Below are positions 1 to 9,417 of a stretch of 64,000 bases of DNA, piece by piece; the stretch's first letter is position 1; each line of letters begins with the position of its first letter. The notes under the pieces are model-generated. The model was not told the DNA's origin. It ran no database searches and saw only the letters and a list, made by a program, of their open reading frames with translations. The stretch is from contig JAVHQC010000035.1 in NCBI GenBank assembly GCA_036170915.1, positions 224,001 to 288,000 on the forward strand, given 5' to 3'. The DNA is from Cyanobacteria bacterium auto_48_18. Its GTDB lineage: Bacteria; Cyanobacteriota; Vampirovibrionia; Obscuribacterales; Obscuribacteraceae. A program made the position numbers and the translations under genes.

Positions 1-264
1 CTCAGGGAAGAACCTGGTGTATTGGTCGTTCGCGTAACTTGCAGCACTTGTGGTCATCCGCTGGGCGTAGCCATTGTAGGCACAACACCTAAACCACAAA
101 AAGCTGTCTCCCTTCACCCCCGCGACTGGACAAAGCGTGACAGAGATAGGCTCGTAGGCATGCCTGCGATCACCTACGACGATGTGTTGAACGCTCACCA
201 GTTCTTCAAAGGGTTGGATACTGACTGGCACAAATTGTTGCCAAAAGCCGGCAAAGCCAGCTGA
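1..264 (+). CDS. Small hypothetical protein with a CxxC motif, 5'-truncated by the window edge
   Basis: Frame is open from base 1 (LREEPGVLVVRVTCSTCG...). Ends in ITYDDVLNAHQFF and is followed by a terminator hairpin. Confidence 0.7.
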   Translation, partial: LREEPGVLVVRVTCSTCGHPLGVAIVGTTPKPQKAVSLHPRDWTKRDRDRLVGMPAITYDDVLNAHQFFKGLDTDWHKLLPKAGKAS

Positions 265-299
265 CATTGATTTTCCTCTCCTAATCGTCGTTGAAAAAT

Positions 300-335
300 A
301 AGCAAAAGGCCAGGCAAACACCTGGCCTTTTGCTT
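300..335. terminator. Intrinsic terminator-like hairpin, possibly bidirectional
   Basis: Perfect 15-bp inverted repeat AAGCAAAAGGCCAGG-caaaca-CCTGGCCTTTTGCTT. Confidence 0.75.
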
Positions 336-363
336 TATAACTGAAGAAACAGCGGCAAATAAA

Positions 364-2076
364 ATGACTGAACATAAGAAAAAGTCTGATTCCCGGCCTC
401 ATTCACGCGGTAAATCAGAAGCGAACAATATTTCCAAAGGCAACAAGCACGACAGTCCACCGGGATTTTTCGATACTGAAACGCGCCTGGCGCCAGTTAT
501 TACGAAGGCCAACCCTGACATACAGGTAGCCTGGTACTTTCCTAATACTTACGAAATTGGCATGTCAGGACTAGGTTATCAGCTCGTCTGGTGGCTTTTT
601 GAACAACATACAAATGTATTGATACGTCGCGGTTTCACCGACGTTGAAGAAAACAACATTGATGATTGTGAGCTTCTTGGCTTCACCGTTTCTTGGGAAT
701 TAGACTTCATCAATATTTTAAGCATCCTGAGAAAAAAGGGTGTAGCTTTCACCGCCGAAGCTCGGCAGATGGAAAATACTGCCCCGATTATCTTCGGCGG
801 CGGCCCAGTATTAACCGCAAATCCTGAGCCTTTTGCCGAATTCTTTGACATTATTTTGCTGGGAGACGCTGAAGCGATAGTGCCGGTTTTTGTAGACGCA
901 TGGCAAAAAGTGAAAGATATTTCGGATCGCAAAGAGAAACTCATTGCGCTGGCGCAAACGCCGGGCATTTACGTACCATCGCTATATGCCGTTGAATACG
1001 AAGAAGCTGCAGGAGCGATCGTTTCTATCAAACCGACTGCAGAAGGTGTGCCAGAACAGGTCGTTAAGCAGGTTTATGCCACTCCTGATGATTATGTTGC
1101 GCATACGCAGATTTTAAGCAGTGCCACCGCCTGGAGTGACACTTTTCTCATTGAAGTGGTGCGATCGTGCCCTCAAGAATGTCGTTTTTGTCTGGCGAGC
1201 TTTTTGACACGACCATTTCGTGCCACCAATATCGACACCATCATCGAAAAAATAAATGGAGCCATGAAGCACACTAAGCGCATTGGTCTGCTGGGTCCTT
1301 CAGTGACTGAGCATCCGCATTTTCATCAGCTGGCAGAGCGACTCTTTGATCGAGTTGATCTGGAGATGACTGTAGCTTCAGTGCGCGCCGACAGCTTAAC
1401 AAAAACAATCTTAGCCACCATCAAAAAACTCGGCCAGCGCTCTGTCACCATTGCCATTGAATCTGGTTCTGAAAAACTTCGAACCGTTATGAAGAAAAAT
1501 CTTTCAGAGGCGGAAATTCTTCAGGCCGTCGATTTGATTGAAGAAAGCGGCCTGTCAGGTGTGAAATTTTACGGTATCGTCGGCCTTCCTTATGAAACTG
1601 ATGACGACCTGGAAAAAACCATTGAACTTATGGGTCGGCTGAAGAAAAAACACAAAAAGCTCAAGTTCGTCTTTGGTGTCAGCTCCTTTGTGCCAAAAGC
1701 GCAGACTCCCTATCAATGGTACGGACGCGACCGCGCCTGCCAGACAAAACTTGAATTTATTCGCAAGAATCTTTCTAAAATCGGCATTGAAGTAAGACCA
1801 GAGAGCCACAACTGGAGCGATATTCAGGCGCTAATTTCAAGAGGCGATCGCCGGCTCTGCCAAATTTTGATTGATATCGCAGGTACCGACGGCAAAATGG
1901 GTGCCTGGAAACGGGCCTTTCGCAATCTTCCAACAGACGTGCCCGATCTTGACTACTACGCCTTTCGCCAGATACCCAAAGATGAAATTTTGCCCTGGTC
2001 GCACCTGGTAGATCCAGCAAAAACCGCTTATCTTCTTAAACACGATCAGGCAGCCGAACTGGCTGCATTAAGCTGA
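364..2076 (+). CDS. Radical SAM protein with a B12-binding-like N-terminal domain
   Basis: CPQECRFC (CxxxCxxC); FPNTYEIGMSGLG; GGGPVLTANPEP; FVPKAQTP; C-terminal LPWSH. Confidence 0.9.
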   Translation: MTEHKKKSDSRPHSRGKSEANNISKGNKHDSPPGFFDTETRLAPVITKANPDIQVAWYFPNTYEIGMSGLGYQLVWWLFEQHTNVLIRRGFTDVEENNIDDCELLGFTVSWELDFINILSILRKKGVAFTAEARQMENTAPIIFGGGPVLTANPEPFAEFFDIILLGDAEAIVPVFVDAWQKVKDISDRKEKLIALAQTPGIYVPSLYAVEYEEAAGAIVSIKPTAEGVPEQVVKQVYATPDDYVAHTQILSSATAWSDTFLIEVVRSCPQECRFCLASFLTRPFRATNIDTIIEKINGAMKHTKRIGLLGPSVTEHPHFHQLAERLFDRVDLEMTVASVRADSLTKTILATIKKLGQRSVTIAIESGSEKLRTVMKKNLSEAEILQAVDLIEESGLSGVKFYGIVGLPYETDDDLEKTIELMGRLKKKHKKLKFVFGVSSFVPKAQTPYQWYGRDRACQTKLEFIRKNLSKIGIEVRPESHNWSDIQALISRGDRRLCQILIDIAGTDGKMGAWKRAFRNLPTDVPDLDYYAFRQIPKDEILPWSHLVDPAKTAYLLKHDQAAELAALS

Positions 2077-2158
2077 GATCAAACAGCCCACAAAAGCCCT
2101 TAAAACAGATAGACTGGTAAAACCTTTCTGGAAAAGATTGAAAGGCTGTTGAGCGCAT

Positions 2159-3124
2159 TTGAGCGAGGATTTTCTCATGGGTATGCCAGACGTCGACGTC
2201 AAGGTCGCTGAAAACGTAGCTAACTTGGTCCAGCCTATTCGTGACGACTTGATGAGTGGCGCTGCTGAAATAGCACTGCGAGCCATTACTGTCTATCAAA
2301 GCGTACTTTCGGATGAGCAGAAATCGCCGGAGCAACTCAAAAGCAATCTCACCTTCACAGCAAAGACCTTAATTGACGCTCAGCCGGCGATGGCACCGCT
2401 ATTTCATCTTGGCAATGACATTTTAATGACCATCGAGAATGCTCAGACTGTGGAAGATATTCGCAATCGATGCACCAATGCTCTGACGCAATTTGAAAAA
2501 ACACTCTGCGCCAGCGCCTCTACCATTGCCGACATTGCCTATGACTTAATTGACCCGGGCGAGCTTATTTTCGCCTACTCGTTCAGTTCTACCGTGGTCA
2601 GCACTTTGCTAAATGCCAGAGCGCGAGGCCGTTTCTTCAGAGTGGTATGCACAGAGGCGCGTCCAAGTATGGAAGGTAGAAAATTAGCTTCAAGGCTCGC
2701 CTCTGGTGGAATTGAAGTTATCCATACATTCGATAATGCCATGGGTCTAGTGCTAGGCAATTGTAGCGCCGCTTTTATGGGATGCGATTGTATTGCCCGC
2801 CCAGGAGTGGTCAATAAAGTCGGTTCGTGGATGTTGGCAATTGCCTGCCGCGAATTGAACGTGCCTCTGTACGCTTTGTCCGGCACTGAAAAATTTGTCA
2901 CCGACGAGAGACTTTTCGAATTTGAAAAACATGAGCGGCCCGGTGTAGAAGTCTGGGACAACACACCAAAGGGAGTGGCGGTTTTAAATCAACAATTTGA
3001 TCTGGTGCCTTTTAACTTGCTCACCGGTCTGGTTACCGAAAAAGGCATTCTTAAAGAAGTCGACATCGAGCCATATGTATCTAGCGTGTCTGTGCATCGT
3101 GCTTTGACACTCGCGGCAATCTAG
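2159..3124 (+). CDS. eIF-2B alpha/beta/delta / MtnA / ribose-1,5-bisphosphate isomerase fold protein
   Basis: SGAAEIA, QPAMAP, TEARPSMEG, GCDCI, NKVGS, FDLVP...VTEKG motifs; TTG start. Confidence 0.85.
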   Translation: MSEDFLMGMPDVDVKVAENVANLVQPIRDDLMSGAAEIALRAITVYQSVLSDEQKSPEQLKSNLTFTAKTLIDAQPAMAPLFHLGNDILMTIENAQTVEDIRNRCTNALTQFEKTLCASASTIADIAYDLIDPGELIFAYSFSSTVVSTLLNARARGRFFRVVCTEARPSMEGRKLASRLASGGIEVIHTFDNAMGLVLGNCSAAFMGCDCIARPGVVNKVGSWMLAIACRELNVPLYALSGTEKFVTDERLFEFEKHERPGVEVWDNTPKGVAVLNQQFDLVPFNLLTGLVTEKGILKEVDIEPYVSSVSVHRALTLAAI

Positions 3125-3135
3125 ATTTTTCGCAA

Positions 3136-4251
3136 GTGCAATTTCGCCACGAACATTTACTGGCCATAACCACTTTCTGGATCATGATGCTGCTGACCTT
3201 GGCAGCAATAAGATTCTATTTGGAAAAGCGCGGCGATAGGCGCAGCAATTACGTCTTCGCATTGCTTCTCTACACAGCTGGATTACTTAGTGCCGTGGTC
3301 AGTGGCTTTGGCATTGCGCGCGAAGGCTTTGAGCTAATCAATTTACTAGCAATGGCCATCTTTCTAGCTAGTCCGGTTTTTCTGCTTTTGGTACAAACTA
3401 TTGCCCGGCGTAACAATTTCAAAATTATAGCTAATTGCTTCTGCCTCATGGCACTGCTGGTGGTGGCAGTGGGCATTGATGCGTTTTTGATTGAGCCGCA
3501 ATGGCTTGAAACCACCCACGTGGTTTTACAGAGCGATAAAATCACAAAACCAATCAAAATCGCGGTGTTGTCTGACTTACAAACAGATCATGTAGGAGAT
3601 TATGAAGCTTCTGCCGTGAAAACTGTCATGGCCGAAAAACCAGATTTGATTTTATTGCCGGGAGATTATATTCAATGCCTGACTGAAGAAGAGCAGGGCA
3701 AAGGTCACGCTGATTTAAACAAGCTGCTGCAAGAGACTAAATTTAGCGCGCCACTTGGTGTGTATGCAGTGCAGGGAAATGTGGACTTAAACGAAGTCTG
3801 GCCGACAATCTTCGCTGATTTACCGATTACTGCAATTGAACAGACAAGAACAATCGAAAGCGGCGAGCTTTCAATCACTGGTTTAAGTTTCGCCGACTCT
3901 TTCAACACACACGCATCTATAGCGCCAAGCAAACTTGGTCGCTACCACATTGTCGTTGGTCACGGTCCAGACTTTGCTCTTTCTAGTCCTGAAGCCGATT
4001 TACTCGTAGCAGGACACACTCATGGAGGGCAAGTGCAACTACCGCTATTTGGACCACCCATCACCTTATCAAAGGTGCCACGCAACTGGGCGCAAGGAAC
4101 TAAGGAGATGCATCCGATTGAAACGCCAACCGGCAGCACCCTTATACTTTCGCGCGGTGTTGGCATGGAGCGCAGATTTGCTCCACGGCTCAGATTTCTC
4201 TGCCGGCCGCAGCTAATTTTTGTTAGACTCGAGCCCAAAACAGTCAAGTAG
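3136..4251 (+). CDS. Membrane-anchored calcineurin-like metallophosphoesterase (YkuE-like)
   Basis: About 4 N-terminal TM segments; SDLQ, GDYI, GNVD, GH, GHTHGGQ motifs. Confidence 0.85.
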   Translation: MQFRHEHLLAITTFWIMMLLTLAAIRFYLEKRGDRRSNYVFALLLYTAGLLSAVVSGFGIAREGFELINLLAMAIFLASPVFLLLVQTIARRNNFKIIANCFCLMALLVVAVGIDAFLIEPQWLETTHVVLQSDKITKPIKIAVLSDLQTDHVGDYEASAVKTVMAEKPDLILLPGDYIQCLTEEEQGKGHADLNKLLQETKFSAPLGVYAVQGNVDLNEVWPTIFADLPITAIEQTRTIESGELSITGLSFADSFNTHASIAPSKLGRYHIVVGHGPDFALSSPEADLLVAGHTHGGQVQLPLFGPPITLSKVPRNWAQGTKEMHPIETPTGSTLILSRGVGMERRFAPRLRFLCRPQLIFVRLEPKTVK

Positions 4252-4254
4252 TTT

Positions 4255-4941
4255 CTATAGCTGATGCGGCGGCTCGTTTCCTCGAGCGGCCCGGGAGCGC
4301 TCAGATATTACTTCAGTGGCCACACGAAGCCAGGAAGGGCCTGTCACCTGTCTGAATAGCGATAGCAACCAGTACGGCATCCAAGAAGCTTCCCTTAATA
4401 TGGCCGAAACTTCGTTTTTATTCCAGAGCGTCACTACCTGCTTAACTAAGTTAAGCGTGCAGACTCCGTTTCCCAGATGCCATAACGCTCGAATAATATC
4501 GCCAGGCGTTGTGTGGGCGAGATGCTCCTTCCTTCCACTGGCTATGCGCATGCGAATGCGGCCGTTTGTGGTAAAAAACGATGTTGAGGACCTCGTCAGA
4601 GCAAAATAGTTCTTTAATTCGTCCACCGGCAATTGGCGCATCGACGCCAAACTGGAGCCATGGTCAAAAGTCTTTCGGCCAAACGAGCGCGCTTTAACAG
4701 CCGCAATTTCTTCACTGGTATAACTCGCCTTGCGTTTTGCGACGCTAACGAAAACTCCTCTCGCCAATCTCTCTATTACTCCGCTTTTCACAAGCTTATA
4801 TAAACTGTTATCTACGGCTGACCTACCACCATAAACCATACATTCGCGAGTAGTGAATATCTCGCCAGGTTTAAGTGAGCTAACAAGCTTGCGAATAAGT
4901 GACATGCAAGTCATTGGATGCCCTCCATCAATTAGCGTCAT
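4255..4941 (-). CDS. DUF6088 / AbiEi-like winged-helix protein
   Basis: N-terminal GEIFTTRE...GGRSAVDNSLYKLVKSGVIERLARGVF is typical of the AbiEi_N/DUF6088 wHTH; the start may be one of the downstream ATGs. Confidence 0.7.
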   Translation of the reverse strand: MTLIDGGHPMTCMSLIRKLVSSLKPGEIFTTRECMVYGGRSAVDNSLYKLVKSGVIERLARGVFVSVAKRKASYTSEEIAAVKARSFGRKTFDHGSSLASMRQLPVDELKNYFALTRSSTSFFTTNGRIRMRIASGRKEHLAHTTPGDIIRALWHLGNGVCTLNLVKQVVTLWNKNEVSAILREASWMPYWLLSLFRQVTGPSWLRVATEVISERSRAARGNEPPHQL

Positions 4942-5061
4942 ATTTATGTACTACGCTAAAAGTGGGTAGAAAGTTCAATTTGTTGGTGTGTTTGGACAAA
5001 GTTCTGAGAAGGCCTATTTGGCTGTTTTAGTTTGGCATGGGTTTTAAAAAGTTGGAAAAAG

Positions 5062-5099
5062 GATATGGAGAGAAAAATGCGCATTTTTCTCTCCATATC
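5062..5099. promoter_or_regulatory. Perfect 38-bp palindrome (operator and/or terminator)
   Basis: GATATGGAGAGAAAAATGC|GCATTTTTCTCTCCATATC: 19-bp arms with no spacer, between the gdh stop and the DUF6088 start. Confidence 0.6.
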
Positions 5100-5167
5100 A
5101 ATAATGTCAAAATCAAAAACCGCAAGACCAGACCTAAATCCGGCCCGCCCAACACAAACTGAACTTT

Positions 5168-6463
5168 TTATGGATACAATCCGCGCAAACGTCTCGCTTC
5201 CACAATTCGCTCAACCGCAATACTCATGGCGGCCATGCGCATCGACAGTTTTTTCTCGTGTGCGACGTCAAAAACGCGAGTGCAGACATTGTTGACGAGT
5301 CCTTCAAGTCGCACGTAGACTTCATCTTCAGTCCACAGAAGGCGCATTAGTCCCTGTACCCATTCAAAATATCCCACAGTAACGCCAGCGGCATTAGCGA
5401 GAATATCGGGCATAACGATCACACCTTTAGCGTCAAGAACATCGTCAGCGTTTGGAGTGGTAGGAGAATTAGCACCTTCCACAACAATTTTGCATTTTAG
5501 ACGATCGGCATTGCCAGCATGTAACTGGTTCGATACCGCGCATGGTGCCAAAATGTCACACTCAAGTTCAAGCAATTCTTCATTGCTGACTTTGTCAGCT
5601 TCTGGATACTCGTACATGGCGCCATTAGCGTCAATGAAAGTCATTAAGCCTTCCACATCAAGACCCTTAGCGTTATACAGGCCACCGAATGCATCTGAAA
5701 CGCCCACAATTTTAAATCCGGCTTTGCTCAAATTGCGCGCCACAGAGGAGCCCACTTGACCGAGACCTTGAATAATCACAGAGGGTGAATCACCTTTAAG
5801 GTTGGCGAATTCTGCCGCGCGACGAGCCGCTAAGGCCACGCCATAACCAGTAGATTGCAGCACTCCAAGTGAGCCGCCAAGATATTGAGGCTTACCTGTC
5901 ACCACCGAAGGTACAGTAAAACCTTTGTTGACCGAATACGTATCCATGATCCAGGCCATGGTCTGCTCGTCGGTATTGAGGTCGGGGCCGGCAATGTCTT
6001 GGGCAGGGCCAATCAGTTCAAGAATTTCAGAAGTGTAGCGGCGGGTTATGCGCTCAAGTTCACCTTTAGAAAGGGTATTAGGATCCATCCGAATACCACC
6101 ATGAGCGCCGCCGAACGGCAAATTCATGAGCGAACATTTCCAGGTCATCAGCATGGCCATAGACGCTACTTCACCGAGAGTAACTTCAGAGTGATAGCGC
6201 AAACCGCCTTTACCGGGCCCAAGAGCTAAATCGTGATGGACGCGATATCCCATGAAGGTTCTGACCGAACCGTCATCCATGCGGGCTGGAACCACTACTG
6301 AGAGCGAGCGTTTAGGATGTCGCATAGGCTCAATCACATTGTTGTCGAGCTTTAGATGCTCGGCCACCTTGTCAAGCCGTTTTTGCGCATTCAAGAAATC
6401 GGGTGTTTCCCATTCATTAGTCACTGCGCTGCCAAATCCTTTACTTTCCGTGGCGATTCCCAT
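5168..6463 (-). CDS. Glu/Leu/Phe/Val dehydrogenase family protein, probably a non-catalytic GdhA-type regulatory subunit
   Basis: GPGKGGLRY, MTWKCS, GGAHGG (canonical GGAKGG), QGLGQVG, EGANSP, YFEWVQ, RGLYP; ATG at 6463 with a GAGGG SD. Confidence 0.9.
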   Translation of the reverse strand: MGIATESKGFGSAVTNEWETPDFLNAQKRLDKVAEHLKLDNNVIEPMRHPKRSLSVVVPARMDDGSVRTFMGYRVHHDLALGPGKGGLRYHSEVTLGEVASMAMLMTWKCSLMNLPFGGAHGGIRMDPNTLSKGELERITRRYTSEILELIGPAQDIAGPDLNTDEQTMAWIMDTYSVNKGFTVPSVVTGKPQYLGGSLGVLQSTGYGVALAARRAAEFANLKGDSPSVIIQGLGQVGSSVARNLSKAGFKIVGVSDAFGGLYNAKGLDVEGLMTFIDANGAMYEYPEADKVSNEELLELECDILAPCAVSNQLHAGNADRLKCKIVVEGANSPTTPNADDVLDAKGVIVMPDILANAAGVTVGYFEWVQGLMRLLWTEDEVYVRLEGLVNNVCTRVFDVAHEKKLSMRMAAMSIAVERIVEARRLRGLYP

Positions 6464-6555
6464 TTTTCCCTCATTTTTTTCAGGCATATACAGGTTAAGC
6501 GGTAAGACGGTAATTGTAGCCTTATTACTTATCAATACCGGCAGATCTATTGGAA

Positions 6556-8238
6556 TTAAATTAGACTCGCCATAGCCAGCGCTTTGATTCTTTCCCCGTC
6601 CTTTCTAACCTGTTCAATTAGTGCCTCGGCTTGAGCTCGGCTAACTCTGGCAAATTCTTGTTCTTTAGCCGATGCACCAAAATCTTTTAAGTTGATAAGC
6701 ACGTTGTAATAGGCACCTTCTGCCGCAGCAGTTGCCATTAAAGCTGCAACCGCACCGTCTGAAAGTGAGCTAGGATTGCCATGCTCAACCACTTGCGCAG
6801 CTATTTGCAATAACGCAGGCGCTGCCTGCAGAACTGACAGCGGCGTACTGGTGGCGATGATATTGGCATCGACAATGGCGGCATCGCGCAAAGATTTTTC
6901 GGCCTCGCTACCCTTTGGCAGCCGCCGGGCCTCCAGAATTTTATTAAAGGCGAGCATGTCGGCATCCACAGTTTCCAACAAAGACTTTTTCAGTTGCTGT
7001 GCGTCTTCCGCCAGCTTTTCCATCAATGCTTTTTGATTTTCAAAACCTTTTTTCTCAAAAGTCAAATTGGCCACCATGGCCCCCAATGCCGCCGACAATG
7101 AGCCGCAAAGGGCAGCAGCACTGCCGCCACCTGGAGCAGGCGATTCGCTTGCCAGCTCGTCGGCGAACTGCGCAAGCGTCATATCGCGCAAGAACTTCCC
7201 TTCTGGAGCAACACGATATTCAATTATTTTCTCTCTGGCAACAAATGGCGACAGCTCTGCCAGACCAAGACTTTGTACAGCACATTCCACAATTTCACTT
7301 TCACTGACACCAGAAGAGCGCCCCTGTTTGCGCAAATAGTGTCTCCCTGCAGCAAGCATGGGCTGCAATGGCACCAAGCCAACAATTTCAGAGCCGGTAA
7401 CCCGCACACCCTTACTTTCGGCCTGGCGACAGACTTCGTCAAAGGCCTGGTGAAGCGACGTGATTTCAAAGTTGGTCAGATTAATTGATACTTGCGCTCT
7501 TTGGTACTCGTCTACATACCAGCCTACCGCCCGCACTTCTTTCAATGTGCCGGCGACTTTCACTGTATTGCCGTCAGCATCTTTTTCAATTTCTCCGGCG
7601 GCGTTTCGCTTGGCCCGACCTGCTTCTCTAATATTGAATGCGATCTCGTTAGCTATTTTTTTTGAGCGCGTGTTGAGATTGACGTTGTAGGCAATCAAAA
7701 ACTGCCTGGCACCAATGACGGTGGCACCACTGGCCGCGTTAAAAGTTTTGGGACCAAAGTCAGGAGCAAATGCACTGTCCTTCATTTTCTCATTCAGCGC
7801 TTCGTATTCGCCTTGACGAATGTCAGCCAGGCTGCGTCTTTCCGCTTTTTGTGCTGCTTCTGCATAAAGGTAAATCGGAATGCCCAGATCGCGGCCCACA
7901 CGCTCACCTAACTTTTGTGCCAGCTCTACGCACTGGGCCATAGAAACTCCGCTTACCGGCACAAACGGACAAACATCAGTAGCCCCCATGCGCGGATGCT
8001 CACCGCGATGCTTGCGCATATCAATCAACTGGGCTGCGCGCATAATGGCTTGATAAGCGGCTTCCACAACCTGTTCAGGCTGACCGACGAAGGTAACGAC
8101 TGTACGGTTCGTGCTGTATCCGGGATCTACATCTAGTAAATTGACACCACTGACAGCACGAATGGCATCAGTAATTGCATCGATTACTTTTTCGTTGCGG
8201 CCTTCCGAAAAATTTGGAACGCACTCTACAAGCTGCAT
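6556..8238 (-). CDS. ftcD: Bifunctional glutamate formimidoyltransferase / formiminotetrahydrofolate cyclodeaminase
   Basis: VECVPNFSEGR, HPRMGATDVCPFVP, GSEIVGLVP; C-terminal SPAPGGGSAAA and GAYYNVLINL cyclodeaminase domain. Confidence 0.95.
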   Translation of the reverse strand: MQLVECVPNFSEGRNEKVIDAITDAIRAVSGVNLLDVDPGYSTNRTVVTFVGQPEQVVEAAYQAIMRAAQLIDMRKHRGEHPRMGATDVCPFVPVSGVSMAQCVELAQKLGERVGRDLGIPIYLYAEAAQKAERRSLADIRQGEYEALNEKMKDSAFAPDFGPKTFNAASGATVIGARQFLIAYNVNLNTRSKKIANEIAFNIREAGRAKRNAAGEIEKDADGNTVKVAGTLKEVRAVGWYVDEYQRAQVSINLTNFEITSLHQAFDEVCRQAESKGVRVTGSEIVGLVPLQPMLAAGRHYLRKQGRSSGVSESEIVECAVQSLGLAELSPFVAREKIIEYRVAPEGKFLRDMTLAQFADELASESPAPGGGSAAALCGSLSAALGAMVANLTFEKKGFENQKALMEKLAEDAQQLKKSLLETVDADMLAFNKILEARRLPKGSEAEKSLRDAAIVDANIIATSTPLSVLQAAPALLQIAAQVVEHGNPSSLSDGAVAALMATAAAEGAYYNVLINLKDFGASAKEQEFARVSRAQAEALIEQVRKDGERIKALAMASLI

Positions 8239-8269
8239 GGACCCTCCAGATTGTTAACACCAGTATTTT

Positions 8270-9319
8270 TTACAGTTTCTTTTGAATGCGCTTTTTCATT
8301 ACTGCCGATCCATATGTGTGCTTGAGGGTGAAGAAAAGCGCAATAATCGAAATCGATACCCACCAGAAAACCCAGAATATCGGCAAGGTAAAAGGCACCA
8401 TTTTCGCCATCGCAGTGGCGTCGCTAAATCCACCGCCTGCCAAACCTAAGGAATGCGGGACCAGCACCCAGAGCAGAGATAGAGAGCTCAGTGTGGTCTG
8501 CACCGCCAAAAATAGTACCATCAGATTCGCCATTGCAGGTTTTAGTTTCCGGCCCAGCCAAAAACAGACAGCCCCCATTCCGAATCCCCAAATTAAGCTA
8601 ATAACTGATTCTAAGAAATGCAGCGGATTGAGCAGCCCAGGTACGATAAACACAATTGTGCTCAGAATCATACATACGCCAAGGGCCGACAAAATTAATT
8701 TCGAAAAGCGCGGATACTGACCAAGATAAATGAGCAAGCAACCAAACAAAGTGGTGCCTACATAGCCCGCCTGCGTAATGAGAAAATTCCAGCCACCTTC
8801 AGTAAAGGTCAGCCCACCGTGGCCCTGCCCATCGGCGGCAATTGTCAGGCCGATTACGTGCCCTCCAGTTAGCACCGCCGCAAAAGCGTGTCCCAACTCG
8901 TGCACCATGGTGACAAACTGATTGACTGGCGTGAGCAACAAATTGACAATGGGCACATTAGCAAGCAAAACGCTGAGTACAACAATCACCCAGAAGGCCG
9001 TCATATTCCATCTAGGATCGTGCATAAAACTAAGTTGTGACGCTGCGTCACCACCACCGGTGACAACGGCAATTTCTTTTTCTTTGGTTTTACTGGGCTT
9101 CTCTTTGGCCGCTTGTTTCTGTTGCTTCACCGGTGCGGGCAAATCAGACTTTGGCTGATCTGTAATTTTTACTTTGCGCTCCGCATCAATTTCCATCTCA
9201 GCTTCCAGCCTGGCCAGACGTTCTTGCACTGTCTCGGTAACTTTCAAATCTGGTTGCGCATCTTTAAACTGCGGCTTGGCTGCAGACTGCTTTTTTTTGG
9301 GCTCTTGATTGGCAGACAT
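8270..9319 (-). CDS. M50 family (M50B-like) intramembrane metallopeptidase
   Basis: HELGH, AGY, SDA motifs; multiple TMs; charged N-terminal extension. Confidence 0.85.
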   Translation of the reverse strand: MSANQEPKKKQSAAKPQFKDAQPDLKVTETVQERLARLEAEMEIDAERKVKITDQPKSDLPAPVKQQKQAAKEKPSKTKEKEIAVVTGGGDAASQLSFMHDPRWNMTAFWVIVVLSVLLANVPIVNLLLTPVNQFVTMVHELGHAFAAVLTGGHVIGLTIAADGQGHGGLTFTEGGWNFLITQAGYVGTTLFGCLLIYLGQYPRFSKLILSALGVCMILSTIVFIVPGLLNPLHFLESVISLIWGFGMGAVCFWLGRKLKPAMANLMVLFLAVQTTLSSLSLLWVLVPHSLGLAGGGFSDATAMAKMVPFTLPIFWVFWWVSISIIALFFTLKHTYGSAVMKKRIQKKL

Positions 9320-9417
9320 GGATGATTTCTATTCTCAACAGAATGCTGCGAGTGCTCAGCTGCTAGACTTGCCCTGGGAAATGAAAATGATAGCTTAAAA
9401 AGCAGTCTAAAGCGGCT

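Noticed and set aside
2159..3124. Naming the gene mtnA
   Set aside because: The catalytic THC motif and the RGAP motif are absent.
3136..4941. Metallophosphoesterase plus DUF6088 as a toxin-antitoxin pair
   Set aside because: The genes are convergent, and the phosphoesterase is a common membrane YkuE-like type.
5032..5295. 87-aa ORF spanning the palindrome, and the many other short antisense or alternate-frame ORFs in the track
   Set aside because: They overlap well-supported genes or the tRNA and show no recognisable motifs.
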